Shown piece after piece: positions 32,802 to 41,572 of a stretch of DNA of 64,000 nt. The DNA is from an uncultured Acidobacteriota bacterium (GTDB lineage Bacteria; Acidobacteriota; Terriglobia; Acidiferrales; UBA7541). Numbering within the stretch: position 1 is the first letter of the stretch; every line of letters begins with the position of its first letter. Below the pieces are notes generated by a model. That model did no database searches. It saw nothing but the letters and a program-made list of their open reading frames with translations, and was not told the DNA's origin. The stretch is from positions 191,976-255,975 of the forward strand of contig CAVUPI010000004.1 of NCBI GenBank assembly GCA_963743335.1, in the 5' to 3' direction. Position numbers and translations under genes: made by a program.

Positions 32802-33721
32802 TTCTGGGATGTCGGTGGAATATTGAGCAGGAAAAAACTGATCACTTGGTTTTCGTACGCTCTGCGATCGTCGTCTGACAAATCCCGGTACGTCGATTTC
32901 ACGCGCAGCATCTGTTTCGGATCGGGCGATTTCAGGAAAAGCTGCAAACCCTCATCCGCAAGCGCGGGACGATCGCTCGCCAGTATGAACAACTTGGGAA
33001 TGCCCTTTGTCGCGGCCAGCCGCGTGGTGACAGGCGGCTCGTTTCTAAACGGATAGTTGTACATTCGAAACGCGAAATCGACAAAGCGGTCCACGTCCGG
33101 GATCGCCTGCAGCCCTGAATTTTTCACCTGCATCCGCACCATGTCGCGCGGATCGGCGTAAGGATCCTCCACCGCAAACGCAGCCACTCGCTTGTCACTC
33201 GCCGCCACTTCCAGCACGGCGTACGCGCCCATGTCCGTGCCCCACAGTCCGAAATGCTGCGGGTCCACGTCGTCGCGGCTCCCAAGGCTTTGCATGGCCG
33301 CGCGCAGCTCGCCTGTCTCGCGATACCCCAGCGTGGTCACGCCCGGCACCGTCCCGTGCCCCACGAAATTGAAAAGGAAGACGTTGAACTGGTGCTCCTG
33401 CAACGCCGTCACCAGGGTCAGGACGTCACTTTCCTGCGCCCCGTATCCATGGCACACGATCACTGTCGGCGCGCCCCGCAACCCCGGGAAAAACAACCCG
33501 TCGCGATCTGGCTCTCGGGCGATCGGAAACGAAACGACCATCGGATGCCCCATCATCACGTTCACATCTATATTTGCCGGATTGCGCGTGGGGTGAACGA
33601 TTTGGTACACCAGGAAACCCGCAATCGACGCCACCGAAACCAAGGCGAACAAAAGCAGCGCCAAAAGTCCGGAAATCACCTTGGCGAGGCGCGAGGAGCG
33701 CAGTTCAAAGGAGATGGCCAT
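32798..33721 (-). CDS. Membrane-anchored alpha/beta-hydrolase-fold protein
   Basis: N-terminal TM helix, then VIVCHGYGAQ (oxyanion region). The nucleophile-elbow position reads GLWGTDMGA, with Asp where Ser is usual. The stop codon overlaps the convergent GT39 stop by 4 nt. Confidence 0.65.
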   Translation of the reverse strand: MAISFELRSSRLAKVISGLLALLLFALVSVASIAGFLVYQIVHPTRNPANIDVNVMMGHPMVVSFPIAREPDRDGLFFPGLRGAPTVIVCHGYGAQESDVLTLVTALQEHQFNVFLFNFVGHGTVPGVTTLGYRETGELRAAMQSLGSRDDVDPQHFGLWGTDMGAYAVLEVAASDKRVAAFAVEDPYADPRDMVRMQVKNSGLQAIPDVDRFVDFAFRMYNYPFRNEPPVTTRLAATKGIPKLFILASDRPALADEGLQLFLKSPDPKQMLRVKSTYRDLSDDDRRAYENQVISFFLLNIPPTSQN

Positions 33722-33877
33722 CCGGTAATCGTGGGGGGCTAAGAGGATGCCCCGGCGCGACGTATGTTAGCGCGGTTCCTTTCGGACGTAGTTTCTCATA
33801 CTGTTCGCCCCGAATAGCGCCGGTTGGGTTCTAAGCGTCCCAAAGCTATAATAGCGTTTGAACGGCACCCGTCTCTC

Positions 33878-34810
33878 ATGCAGATCGTCGACCTCCGCAC
33901 CTTACAATCACGGTCGCTCGAAGGCCTGTTCCAGGAGGAAGCCCGTCACTGGCGGGACGAGCTCCATTGGGATTACCGGGCCTCCATCGACCTCATCCGT
34001 AGGTTCATCGACTCCCGCGCTCTAGGCGGCTACGCGGCGCTCGAAAACGACGTCCCTGTCGGGTACGGCTTTTACGTCCTCGAAGATCGCAAAGGACTGA
34101 TCGGCGGTCTGTTCGTTTCCCCACGCTGCAACCAGACGCCCGTCACGCAGGCCCTGCTGGGCGAAATGCTCGGCGCGCTTCGCGGCACGCCGCGCCTCGA
34201 GCGGATCGAAGCGCAGTTGATGCCCTTTGGCAGCGAACTCGATCCCGCATTTCTCTCGCAGCATTTCCGCCTTCATCCGCGCCAGTTCATGCTTCTGCCG
34301 CTCGCCGATGCGATCCTGTGCGGCAAGACTCTCTCAAGCGGATTGCGCATCGAGCCTTGGAGCGATCGCGCCTTCGAGTCCGCCGCCCGCCTGATTCAGC
34401 TCGCCTATGCCGATCACGTCGACGGCCAGATCAACGACCAGTACCGCAGCGAAACGGGCAGCCTGAAATTCCTGCGCAATATCGTGCTCTTGCCCGGCTG
34501 CGGGCAGTTTCTGCCGGAGGCCTCGTTCCTCGTTCGCCCGGCGACGGGCGACCGTCTCGTCGGCATGATCCTCACGTCGACAGTCGCCGAAGGCGTAGGC
34601 CACACCACGCAGGTCTGCGTCATGCCCGGCTATCAGGGCCACGGTATCGGCCGCCAGTTGATGGAACACTCGATCCAGGCCCTCCGCCGCCGCCATTACG
34701 ATTCGCTCTCGCTCACCGTAACCGCCATCAACAAACACGCGGTCGACCTATACGAGCATCTGGGCTTTCGCACGCTAAAAACATTCGCGGCAGGCGTCTG
34801 GGAGCAGTAG
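33878..34810 (+). CDS. GNAT-family N-acetyltransferase
   Basis: Acetyl-CoA motif VCVMPGYQGHGIGRQLMEHSI...LTVTAINKHAVDLYEHLGFR. Trimmed from the TTG at 33824 to the ATG at 33878. Confidence 0.75.
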   Translation: MQIVDLRTLQSRSLEGLFQEEARHWRDELHWDYRASIDLIRRFIDSRALGGYAALENDVPVGYGFYVLEDRKGLIGGLFVSPRCNQTPVTQALLGEMLGALRGTPRLERIEAQLMPFGSELDPAFLSQHFRLHPRQFMLLPLADAILCGKTLSSGLRIEPWSDRAFESAARLIQLAYADHVDGQINDQYRSETGSLKFLRNIVLLPGCGQFLPEASFLVRPATGDRLVGMILTSTVAEGVGHTTQVCVMPGYQGHGIGRQLMEHSIQALRRRHYDSLSLTVTAINKHAVDLYEHLGFRTLKTFAAGVWEQ

Positions 34811-34821
34811 CGGAGGGTTAG

Positions 34822-34855
34822 GGTTTAAACGTAGCGCCGGGTTCTTTAGCCCGGA
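34822..34855 (+). repeat. Interspersed repeat family C (GGTTTAAACGTAGCGCCGGGTTCTTYAGCCCGGA), copy 1
   Basis: 33/34 identical to 49704..49737 in the same orientation. It contains a CCGGG/CCCGG hairpin. Confidence 0.7.
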
Positions 34856-34984
34856 AGTTCTCCGGCATGCGCGAACCAACTCCAACCCCGCCGCGCGCCG
34901 TCAATCCCCAAGCCGCGCCAGCGGATCGTGCCGCGCCATCTCCACGATCGCGCGCAGATTGTCATGCGGGGAAATGTCGCAACC

Positions 34985-35449
34985 TCACTTCTTAACGCGG
35001 TCCTTCAACAGTCCCTTCAACTCGTCCATGAATTCCTTCACATCTTTGAAATCGAGATACACGGACGCGAACCGCACATAAGCAACCTTATCGTGCCTCT
35101 TCAACCGCGCCATCAGCAACTCGCCAATCTCCGTAGTCGTGCGCTCCCGTTCGGTCGCCTCGCTGACGAACGCCTCCGCCTCATCCACAATCGATTCCAG
35201 CTTGCTCACCGCCACGGGACGTTTCTCGCACGCCTTGAGCAATCCCTGTAAAATTTTCTGCCGCTCGAATTTCTCGCGCCGCCCGTCCTTCTTGATTACC
35301 ATGTACGGAATCTCGTCGATCCGCTCGTACGTGGTAAACCGACGCCCGCATTTCAGGCATTCGCGCCGCCGCCTGATCAGATCGCCCGTTTTCGCCTCGC
35401 GCGAGTCGATCACCTTGTCGTCGAGATGCGTGCAAAAAGGACACCTCAC
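34985..35449 (-). CDS. nrdR: Transcriptional repressor NrdR
   Basis: (V)RCPFCTHLDDKVIDSR...RRRRECLKCGRRFTTYE zinc ribbon plus ATP-cone (VIKKDGRREKFERQKIL...). The GTG start at 35449 overlaps the upstream stop (GTGA). The 658-aa ORF in the track is an over-extension. Confidence 0.9.
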   Translation of the reverse strand: MRCPFCTHLDDKVIDSREAKTGDLIRRRRECLKCGRRFTTYERIDEIPYMVIKKDGRREKFERQKILQGLLKACEKRPVAVSKLESIVDEAEAFVSEATERERTTTEIGELLMARLKRHDKVAYVRFASVYLDFKDVKEFMDELKGLLKDRVKK

Positions 35450-36585
35450 CGCAGCAGCTCCTTCCCGGCAGACGCCGAATCCGACGCGTGCTCGGCCTCG
35501 GCCAGCAACTCCTCTTCGCCCGCTTTCTCTTCCGCCTGCGCCATGCGCCGCAGATCTCCCATCGACCAGCCTTCTCGGAACAGCAACGGCAGCCCCACGA
35601 TGCAGCACGACGCGAACCCCACAAGCCAAAGGATGATCGCCACCGTTGCTGCGGGCTCCTTTTCTACTCCAAGCACCAGCGTCAGCACAAGAAACGTCGC
35701 GAGTTGCGCGCCGCCGCCAACGCCCGGCAGCTGGACCGCCGAGCCCACCAGCGTAAACGCCAGCACGAGGATCACCGCGCCAACGCTCAGCTGCGCGAGC
35801 CTCCCGCCAAACGCATGCGTCACCAGCTCGTACACGACGGCCACGAGCGCCCAATGAATCCCCGTATAGCCCGCAAGCGCGCCAAGATCTTCCCAGGTGC
35901 GGATGCCCTGCAAGCCCTCGATGAATCCCTCGAGCAACAGCACCACTTTGCCGCGCCAGCCATGCCTCCACTTGCTGTCGTGAAGTTTTTTCGCCAGCCA
36001 TCCCGCGCCGTGATACCGAAAATAAACGAGAAACGCGATCGCCGCCACGAGCGCCACCAGAAGCAGCGCCCCCGTCGATCGCGCGATCCTCACGATCGAC
36101 GCTCCGGCCGGCCCCTCCACCGTGTGTCCCGCCAGCGAACCGTGCTGCAGCATCAGCAGCGCGCAACCCGCCAGCACCAGCGTCGCCACCGCGTCCGAAA
36201 TCCGCTCCAGCACGTACACGCCAAACATTCCGGGTATCGACAGCGAATCCTTCCGCGCGATCAGCACGGGACGAATCGGTTCTCCCGCGCGACCCAGCAA
36301 AAACGTGCACGTGAATCCCATCAGCGTCGCGCCATACACGTTCCAAAATCGCGACGGCCCGAGCCACCTGCAGAATCGCATCCATCGCAGCGCCCGGATC
36401 GCGAAACACACGTAGATCACTACGGCTCCGAGGACCAGAAAGGAAACCCGGGAATGCCGCAGCGAAGCCGCAACCATCCCCCAGCGAAAACCCTCGAGTG
36501 TGATCGAATTCCGAAATTTGTAAGCGAAATAACCGACAGCGGCGAGCGCAACAACAAGCAGCAAATACCTTCGCGACTTTTTCAT
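35446..36585 (-). CDS. UPF0104 / lysylphosphatidylglycerol-synthase-TM-region-like (flippase-like) membrane protein
   Basis: About 8 hydrophobic helices. It shows the RALRWMRF..LG......Y.ATLMGF......GRAGEPIRP pattern typical of the family. Trimmed to the ATG at 36585 (MKKSRRY). Confidence 0.7.
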   Translation of the reverse strand: MKKSRRYLLLVVALAAVGYFAYKFRNSITLEGFRWGMVAASLRHSRVSFLVLGAVVIYVCFAIRALRWMRFCRWLGPSRFWNVYGATLMGFTCTFLLGRAGEPIRPVLIARKDSLSIPGMFGVYVLERISDAVATLVLAGCALLMLQHGSLAGHTVEGPAGASIVRIARSTGALLLVALVAAIAFLVYFRYHGAGWLAKKLHDSKWRHGWRGKVVLLLEGFIEGLQGIRTWEDLGALAGYTGIHWALVAVVYELVTHAFGGRLAQLSVGAVILVLAFTLVGSAVQLPGVGGGAQLATFLVLTLVLGVEKEPAATVAIILWLVGFASCCIVGLPLLFREGWSMGDLRRMAQAEEKAGEEELLAEAEHASDSASAGKELLR

Positions 36586-36685
36586 CGTCTGGCTCGACCC
36601 TAGCAGCAACTTTCCGAAGGGTCAAGGCGCGACCCGCCGCGGCCTCGGGGATGATTTTGTACGGAGCGTGCGAGTCGTCGCTGGA

Positions 36686-36879
36686 GGCGCGAGCCGACCG
36701 GGGTTTGGAGGCGGAATGTACCTCAGTGTTAGCGCAAGCCGACCGCAGTTTGGAGGCGAAATCTTTTCGGTCGAGGCGCAGGACGTCCGACTCGCCGCCT
36801 GCATGCACATTGGCGCAAGCGCAAGCCGACCGCAGTCTGGAGGCGAAATCTCTTCGGTGGAAGCGCAGGCCTTCAGGCC
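36686..36879 (+). repeat. Three direct copies of a ~52-nt intergenic repeat plus a GGCCTTCAGGCC palindrome
   Basis: D2 (36731..36782) and D3 (36818..36869) match at 48/52 nt (AGCGCAAGCCGACCGCAGTYTGGAGGCGAAATCTYTTCGGT..). D1 (36686..36717) is a partial, more divergent copy. Confidence 0.7.
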
Positions 36880-37083
36880 TGCGAAAAGCTCGCATTAACG
36901 AGAGGGCTTCAGCCCCGGGAAGTCGCCTCTGACTTTGCCTTTGATTTTCCGGGTCCCCCATCCTCGGTTCGTGAGGGTGGGGCCTTCGCGACGCGCATCC
37001 CGCTCTAAAACGCTCCGATATCTCCGCCTGTGCAGTTCCCGCAAATCAGGTTATCCTGTTTGTGCCTTCGAAAGGGTCCGCCG

Positions 37084-39189
37084 GTGCGGAAATTCGAACT
37101 CGTCCTCCTGATTCACGCCCATCAGCCTGTCGGTAATTTTGATGACGTAGTCGAACGCGCCTACGCAACCTCCTATCTCCCTTTCATCGAGGTCCTCGCG
37201 CGCCACCCCTCGATCCGCGCCGGCCTCCATTATTCCGGTCCGCTTCTCGAGTGGATCGAACGCGCGCATCCGGAATATTTCGACGTTCTCCGCGCCCTCG
37301 TGCGTTCCGGCCAGATCGAAATCGTCAGCGGCGGCTTCTACGAACCCATCCTGATCTCGATCCCCCACGAAGACCGACGCGAACAAATTGCCCGCCTTTC
37401 CGCTTACATCGAAAAGCATTTTGGCGTTCGTCCTCGCGGCGCGTGGCTCACCGAGCGCGTCTGGGAGCCCGAGATCCCTTCTTCGCTCGCTCCCGCCAGC
37501 ATCGACTACACGCTCGTCGACGACAATCATTTCCTCGGCGCCGGCTTCGAGATCGAGCAACTCTACGGCTACGCGCTCGCAGAAGATCTCGGGCACACGG
37601 TGAAAGTGATCCCCGGCCTGCAATCGCTCCGCTACCTGATTCCCTTTCGCGAAGTCAGCGAAACCGCCGACTTTCTGCGCACCGCCGCGGGCAAGCATCC
37701 CGGCGGATTCGCGGCGATGGGCGACGACCTCGAAAAATTTGGCGTCTGGCCCGGCACCTACGAACACTGCTACACCAACGGCTGGCTTGAGCGCTTCTTC
37801 GTCATGCTCGAACAATCCTCCGACTGGCTCGCGCTCGCCACTCCATCGGACGCCGTCTCGTCCCGTCCGCCCTTTGCCCGCGCCGAACTCCCCACCGCGT
37901 CCTACACCGAAATGATGGAGTGGTCGCTCCCGACGCCGGCGCGCATCCGCTACCACGATCTCGTCGAGGAATTCGCAGCGCGTCCCGACGCGCTTCCCTT
38001 CCTTCGCGGCGGCATCTGGCGCGGCTTTTTCGCCAAGTACGGCGAATCGAACCTGCTGCACAAGAAAATGCTGCACGTCTCGAAACAGGTCCGCGATCTC
38101 GCCCCCAGCCGCCGTCGCGACCAGACCTTCATCGCCTCGCGCGACGAAGCCACCATCCTTCTGCTGCGCGGCCAGTGCAACGACGCTTACTGGCATGGTA
38201 TTTTCGGCGGCCTCTATTCGCCGCACCTGCGCACCGCCGTCTGGCGCTCGCTTGCCGAAGCCGAAACGCTCGCGGACTTGCTAACGCACCGCAAGCATCA
38301 GTACACCAGCGTCGAGCGCCTCGATTTCGACGCCGACGGCCGGGAGGAGATCTATTTCACCTCAGACCGCTACGCGGCCCTGCTCAAACCCGACGACGGC
38401 GCCACTCTTTCCGCGCTCGATTTTCGCCCGGCCAACGTCACGCTGATCAATTCGCTCATGCGCCGGCCCGAATCCTATCACGCGAAGATCCGCAATCTCT
38501 CGACCGCGGAATCTCAGGCCGTGCATACGATTCACGATCAGGTCCGCACCAAGGAAGAGGGCCTCGATCGCTGGCTCATTTACGATCGCTGGCCGCGCCA
38601 CGCCTTCCGCGTCCTGCTTTTCGGCCTGAGCAAGACGCAGCAGGATTATGCCGCCATCCACCTCGAAGAGGATGCCGCGCTCGCAGCCGGCCGCTACCGC
38701 GTCGCCGACGTATCCGAATCGCGAGCCGCACTCGCCTCCGAAGACTCCGCCGACTGGCCGCTCGAAAAAACTCTGTCGTTCGCGCCCACGCAAGACGGTT
38801 TTGAAATCGTCTGCGATCTCGTCCTTCGCCGCACCGCGCGCGGCGCCGCCTCCGTCAACCTCGGCATCGAGGCCGTCGTCAACTTTCTCGCGCCCTCCGC
38901 GCCCGACCGCTATTTCGAATCCGAGGGCCGCCGCTTCCCGCTCCGCTGGTCCGCCGCGATTCCCGGCCAGGAACTCCGCATCGTCGACGAATGGCAGGCC
39001 GCCGCCGTCTCGCTCCAAGCTTCCAACGCCCGCCAGTTCTGGATCGCTCCGATCGAAACGGTCTCCGAATCCGAAGACGGCTTCGAGCGCATCTACCAGG
39101 GCTCGCAGATCCTGGCGGTCTGGCCAGTCGAGCTAGCCCCCGACTCCGAATTCCGCGCCCAGCTAAAGCTAACCGCCACCCGCCTCTAA
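37084..39189 (+). CDS. Glycoside hydrolase family 57 alpha-glucan-active enzyme (amylase / 4-alpha-glucanotransferase-like)
   Basis: LVLLIHAHQPVGNFDDVVERAYATSYLPFIEVL...HYSGPLLEWIE and WLTERVWEP are GH57 signatures. The likely GTG start is at 37084. The track start at 37030 adds 18 non-conserved aa. Confidence 0.85.
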   Translation: MRKFELVLLIHAHQPVGNFDDVVERAYATSYLPFIEVLARHPSIRAGLHYSGPLLEWIERAHPEYFDVLRALVRSGQIEIVSGGFYEPILISIPHEDRREQIARLSAYIEKHFGVRPRGAWLTERVWEPEIPSSLAPASIDYTLVDDNHFLGAGFEIEQLYGYALAEDLGHTVKVIPGLQSLRYLIPFREVSETADFLRTAAGKHPGGFAAMGDDLEKFGVWPGTYEHCYTNGWLERFFVMLEQSSDWLALATPSDAVSSRPPFARAELPTASYTEMMEWSLPTPARIRYHDLVEEFAARPDALPFLRGGIWRGFFAKYGESNLLHKKMLHVSKQVRDLAPSRRRDQTFIASRDEATILLLRGQCNDAYWHGIFGGLYSPHLRTAVWRSLAEAETLADLLTHRKHQYTSVERLDFDADGREEIYFTSDRYAALLKPDDGATLSALDFRPANVTLINSLMRRPESYHAKIRNLSTAESQAVHTIHDQVRTKEEGLDRWLIYDRWPRHAFRVLLFGLSKTQQDYAAIHLEEDAALAAGRYRVADVSESRAALASEDSADWPLEKTLSFAPTQDGFEIVCDLVLRRTARGAASVNLGIEAVVNFLAPSAPDRYFESEGRRFPLRWSAAIPGQELRIVDEWQAAAVSLQASNARQFWIAPIETVSESEDGFERIYQGSQILAVWPVELAPDSEFRAQLKLTATRL

Positions 39190-39241
39190 CCAATCGCAGG
39201 GAAAACTGCTAGATTACTGTCGTACCGGGAGGAAAACACTC

Positions 39242-39415
39242 GTGTCCGTCTCGCAAGAACTCCTAGAAATTCTCGTCTGCCCGCTGTGCAGAACGCCAGT
39301 CAAGCTGACACCCAACCAGCAGGGCCTGAAATGCGCCACCTGCCATCGCGTCTATCCAATCCGCTCGGACATCCCCGTGATGCTGGTCGACGAAGCGACA
39401 ATCGAAAAGGAATAG
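39242..39415 (+). CDS. Trm112/YcaR-like (UPF0434) small zinc-ribbon protein, 57 aa; not in the ORF track
   Basis: GTG start 9 nt after GGGAGG. Translation: VSVSQELLEILVCPLCRTPVKLTPNQQGLKCATCHRVYPIRSDIPVMLVDEATIEKE. It matches the YcaR pattern LLEI.ACP.C...L........L.C......YP.RDGIPV.L..EA. Confidence 0.7.
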   Translation: MSVSQELLEILVCPLCRTPVKLTPNQQGLKCATCHRVYPIRSDIPVMLVDEATIEKE

Positions 39416-39437
39416 CTAATTCGCAGCTTGAAGTCGC

Positions 39438-39454
39438 GGAGTGCGGCGGCTCGC
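39438..39454 (+). repeat. Interspersed repeat family A core (GGAGTGCGGCGGCTCGC), copy 1
   Basis: 17/17 identical to 42585..42601. At the second site it forms a GCGGCGG-CTC-GCCGCCGC hairpin. Confidence 0.55.
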
Positions 39455-39537
39455 TTCGCCTCTTCCTGCTTTTCTCAGCGTACTCTGCGTCTCTGCGGTG
39501 ATCCTTATTCTTTGGGGTTTTCCTGTCGGCGGCTGCG

Positions 39538-40005
39538 TCAATACGGCGGGAACGTAATCGACTGATCCTTGAAGTTCACCCACAAGTGGACTTCCTTCGT
39601 GGCATTCATCTTGACTTCATCGCCGTCGGGAAACGGCGCGTAAGGACTCACCTCGATATCGATATCCGTAGCCGAACCGTTCTTCACGTGTTCGGGGCGT
39701 CCCAGCCGGTAGCTCTTCACCGGCCCGTAATATCCGTTCGGGCCCCAGTCTTCCGTGAAATCCTTGAACGAGTACGACGCGGACGGCTTCCATAGCTGGT
39801 ACGCATGCTGCAGATCACCCTTGCTCACGGCGTCCATCAGCCGATGTGCGGTAGCCACTTCGCGGTGATAGACGAACGGATACCATAGATACGCCGGAAA
39901 CACGGCCATGAACACTGCGATCGTCACGATCACGCCCGCGATTCGGATTAGATAGCGCCGCAGTTTTGACGGAGGATGATCGATGGGCGATTCGAAAAGT
40001 GCCAC
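39538..40005 (-). CDS. Hypothetical membrane-anchored protein (155 aa)
   Basis: GTG start. One N-terminal TM helix (IAGVIVTIAVFMAVFPAYLWYPF). It lies 30 nt downstream of the ABC-2 permease gene. No family was recognised. Confidence 0.5.
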   Translation of the reverse strand: MALFESPIDHPPSKLRRYLIRIAGVIVTIAVFMAVFPAYLWYPFVYHREVATAHRLMDAVSKGDLQHAYQLWKPSASYSFKDFTEDWGPNGYYGPVKSYRLGRPEHVKNGSATDIDIEVSPYAPFPDGDEVKMNATKEVHLWVNFKDQSITFPPY

Positions 40006-40035
40006 GAACGAGGACTCCCGCCCTGCATTCAGAAG

Positions 40036-41154
40036 TTAAAACTGGCGTTTGAACAGCGCGATACTGCCTGAAACCATCACCACCGAGAAGCCAACCAAGA
40101 CTAGCACGTCCTTGTAAATGCCTTCAATGCCGGTATTCTTCAGCGTCAGATCGTGCAGCGCATGCACCGTGTACGTGAACGGATCGATCACCGAAATCCA
40201 TCGCAGCCACGGCGGAAACGCCTCGACCGGATACACCGCACCCGACGGAAAAAAAAGCAGCATGTTCAGCACGCCGAAAATCGCGCGCGGCACCAGCGGA
40301 TCATCCACGCGCACCATCACCAGGAACATCAGGCTGATCATGGCAACCGACGCGCACAAAATCACCACCGCCAGATAAAACAGCCTCACCGGATCCCATA
40401 GCCCTTGAATACCCGCAATCAGCCCGCCGATGATGATCAGGCACATTCCCGCCATGAACGCCTTCGCCGTTCCCGCCCCGATCAATCCTCCGATCAATTC
40501 GGTTTTCGTGATCGGCGTCAGCAGATACCCTTCGTGTAGCCCCCTTGTCTTGTCGTCGATATACGTAATGCCCCCGCCAATCATCGCCGTGATGAAAATT
40601 CCCATCGCGGTCGATCCCGCCAGCAGGTATTTGATGTATTCGATGTAGGGATAAATCTCGACAATGTTCAGTTCTACCTGCGGGTCGAGGCGCGGAGACA
40701 CATCCGGCGTATTCAGCTCGGTCGTCATTTCCTGAATGCGCTCGAGCAGCGAGCTGGAAATGAACTGGTCGCTATTATCTTCGGTGAAGACGATCCGCGG
40801 ACGGTCCGCCTGGTAGTAGCGCCGCGAAAACTCCGGCGGAATATCGACCACTCCTCGAACGAATCCCTCCCGCAGATCGTTGATCGCCTCCGGCAGCGAG
40901 TTGTATTGCACGATGCGGAACGTCTCCGGCCCGGCCGCAATCCCGTCGAACATCTCCTGCACTCGCCGCGACTCGACCGAATGGTCCTGGTCCACTACCG
41001 CCAGCGCCACGCCCGTGATCTTTCCTCCAAACGCATAGCCGAGCACCACAAGCTGCACCAGAGGAAAAATCAGCGAGCTGATCATCAGTGCAGGGCTGCG
41101 AAAGAATTTCCGCATGTCCCGCTCGATCAAAGCCCCGACCCGGTAAAGTTTCAT
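40036..41154 (-). CDS. ABC-2-type transporter permease
   Basis: 372 aa with an N-terminal TM helix, a large extracytoplasmic loop and 5 C-terminal TM helices. It lies downstream of the DrrA-like ATPase. Confidence 0.8.
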   Translation of the reverse strand: MKLYRVGALIERDMRKFFRSPALMISSLIFPLVQLVVLGYAFGGKITGVALAVVDQDHSVESRRVQEMFDGIAAGPETFRIVQYNSLPEAINDLREGFVRGVVDIPPEFSRRYYQADRPRIVFTEDNSDQFISSSLLERIQEMTTELNTPDVSPRLDPQVELNIVEIYPYIEYIKYLLAGSTAMGIFITAMIGGGITYIDDKTRGLHEGYLLTPITKTELIGGLIGAGTAKAFMAGMCLIIIGGLIAGIQGLWDPVRLFYLAVVILCASVAMISLMFLVMVRVDDPLVPRAIFGVLNMLLFFPSGAVYPVEAFPPWLRWISVIDPFTYTVHALHDLTLKNTGIEGIYKDVLVLVGFSVVMVSGSIALFKRQF

Positions 41155-41572
41155 CGCTCGATATCCTTAACCGCCGCAGTCAGCCGTACGTGCATTCGCT
41201 CATTGATGGCGCTTCCGTCGTGCTCGTCACCCTGAGTCGAGTCGTCCCCGCCGCCCTGCGTTTAGCCGTTCGCTGTCGCCACGCCGGATTCTGTATCGGT
41301 CCATCTCCCTGCGTTACTGACCACCGGGCCAATTCCTTCGCCGTATGTAGCTCACCCCGCTTCCCCGGGGTGAGGCTTTCGGTGTTGCCGTTGCCGGACG
41401 CCGCGGGCCGCCGTTGCCCGCAGGCGCCCTCCTCAGGGGGTCGGACCTTCAGGTCCGACATAAGACGGCCGCGCGAAGCCTGCCTGTCGGCAGACAGGCG
41501 CATCCACTGCGCAGCCTCACCCGCAGCATGTACTCTCTTTCGGCGCCGGGCAGCGCACATCGAAATCCGCCC
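41155..41572. repeat. Intercistronic cluster of REP-like GC-rich hairpins (418 nt) between the ABC ATPase and permease genes
   Basis: Three hairpins are visible. 41351..41374 is CTCACCCC...GGGGTGAG. 41440..41459 is GTCGGACC-TTCA-GGTCCGAC. 41482..41499 is GCCTGTC-GGCA-GACAGGC. The only ORFs here are Arg-rich junk. Confidence 0.6.

Noticed and set aside
35450-36961. The 658-aa ORF 34985..36961(-) read as one protein.
   Set aside because: Only the last 154 aa (NrdR, GTG start) are recognisable. The remainder overlaps the UPF0104 gene out of frame and then translates the intergenic repeats (ASKLRSAC-type junk).
41180-41560. A 126-aa minus-strand ORF in the gap between the ABC ATPase and permease genes.
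   Set aside because: It translates the palindromic hairpins (SDLKVRPPEE-type peptide), is Arg/Ala-rich and has no RBS. I treat it as repeat-derived.
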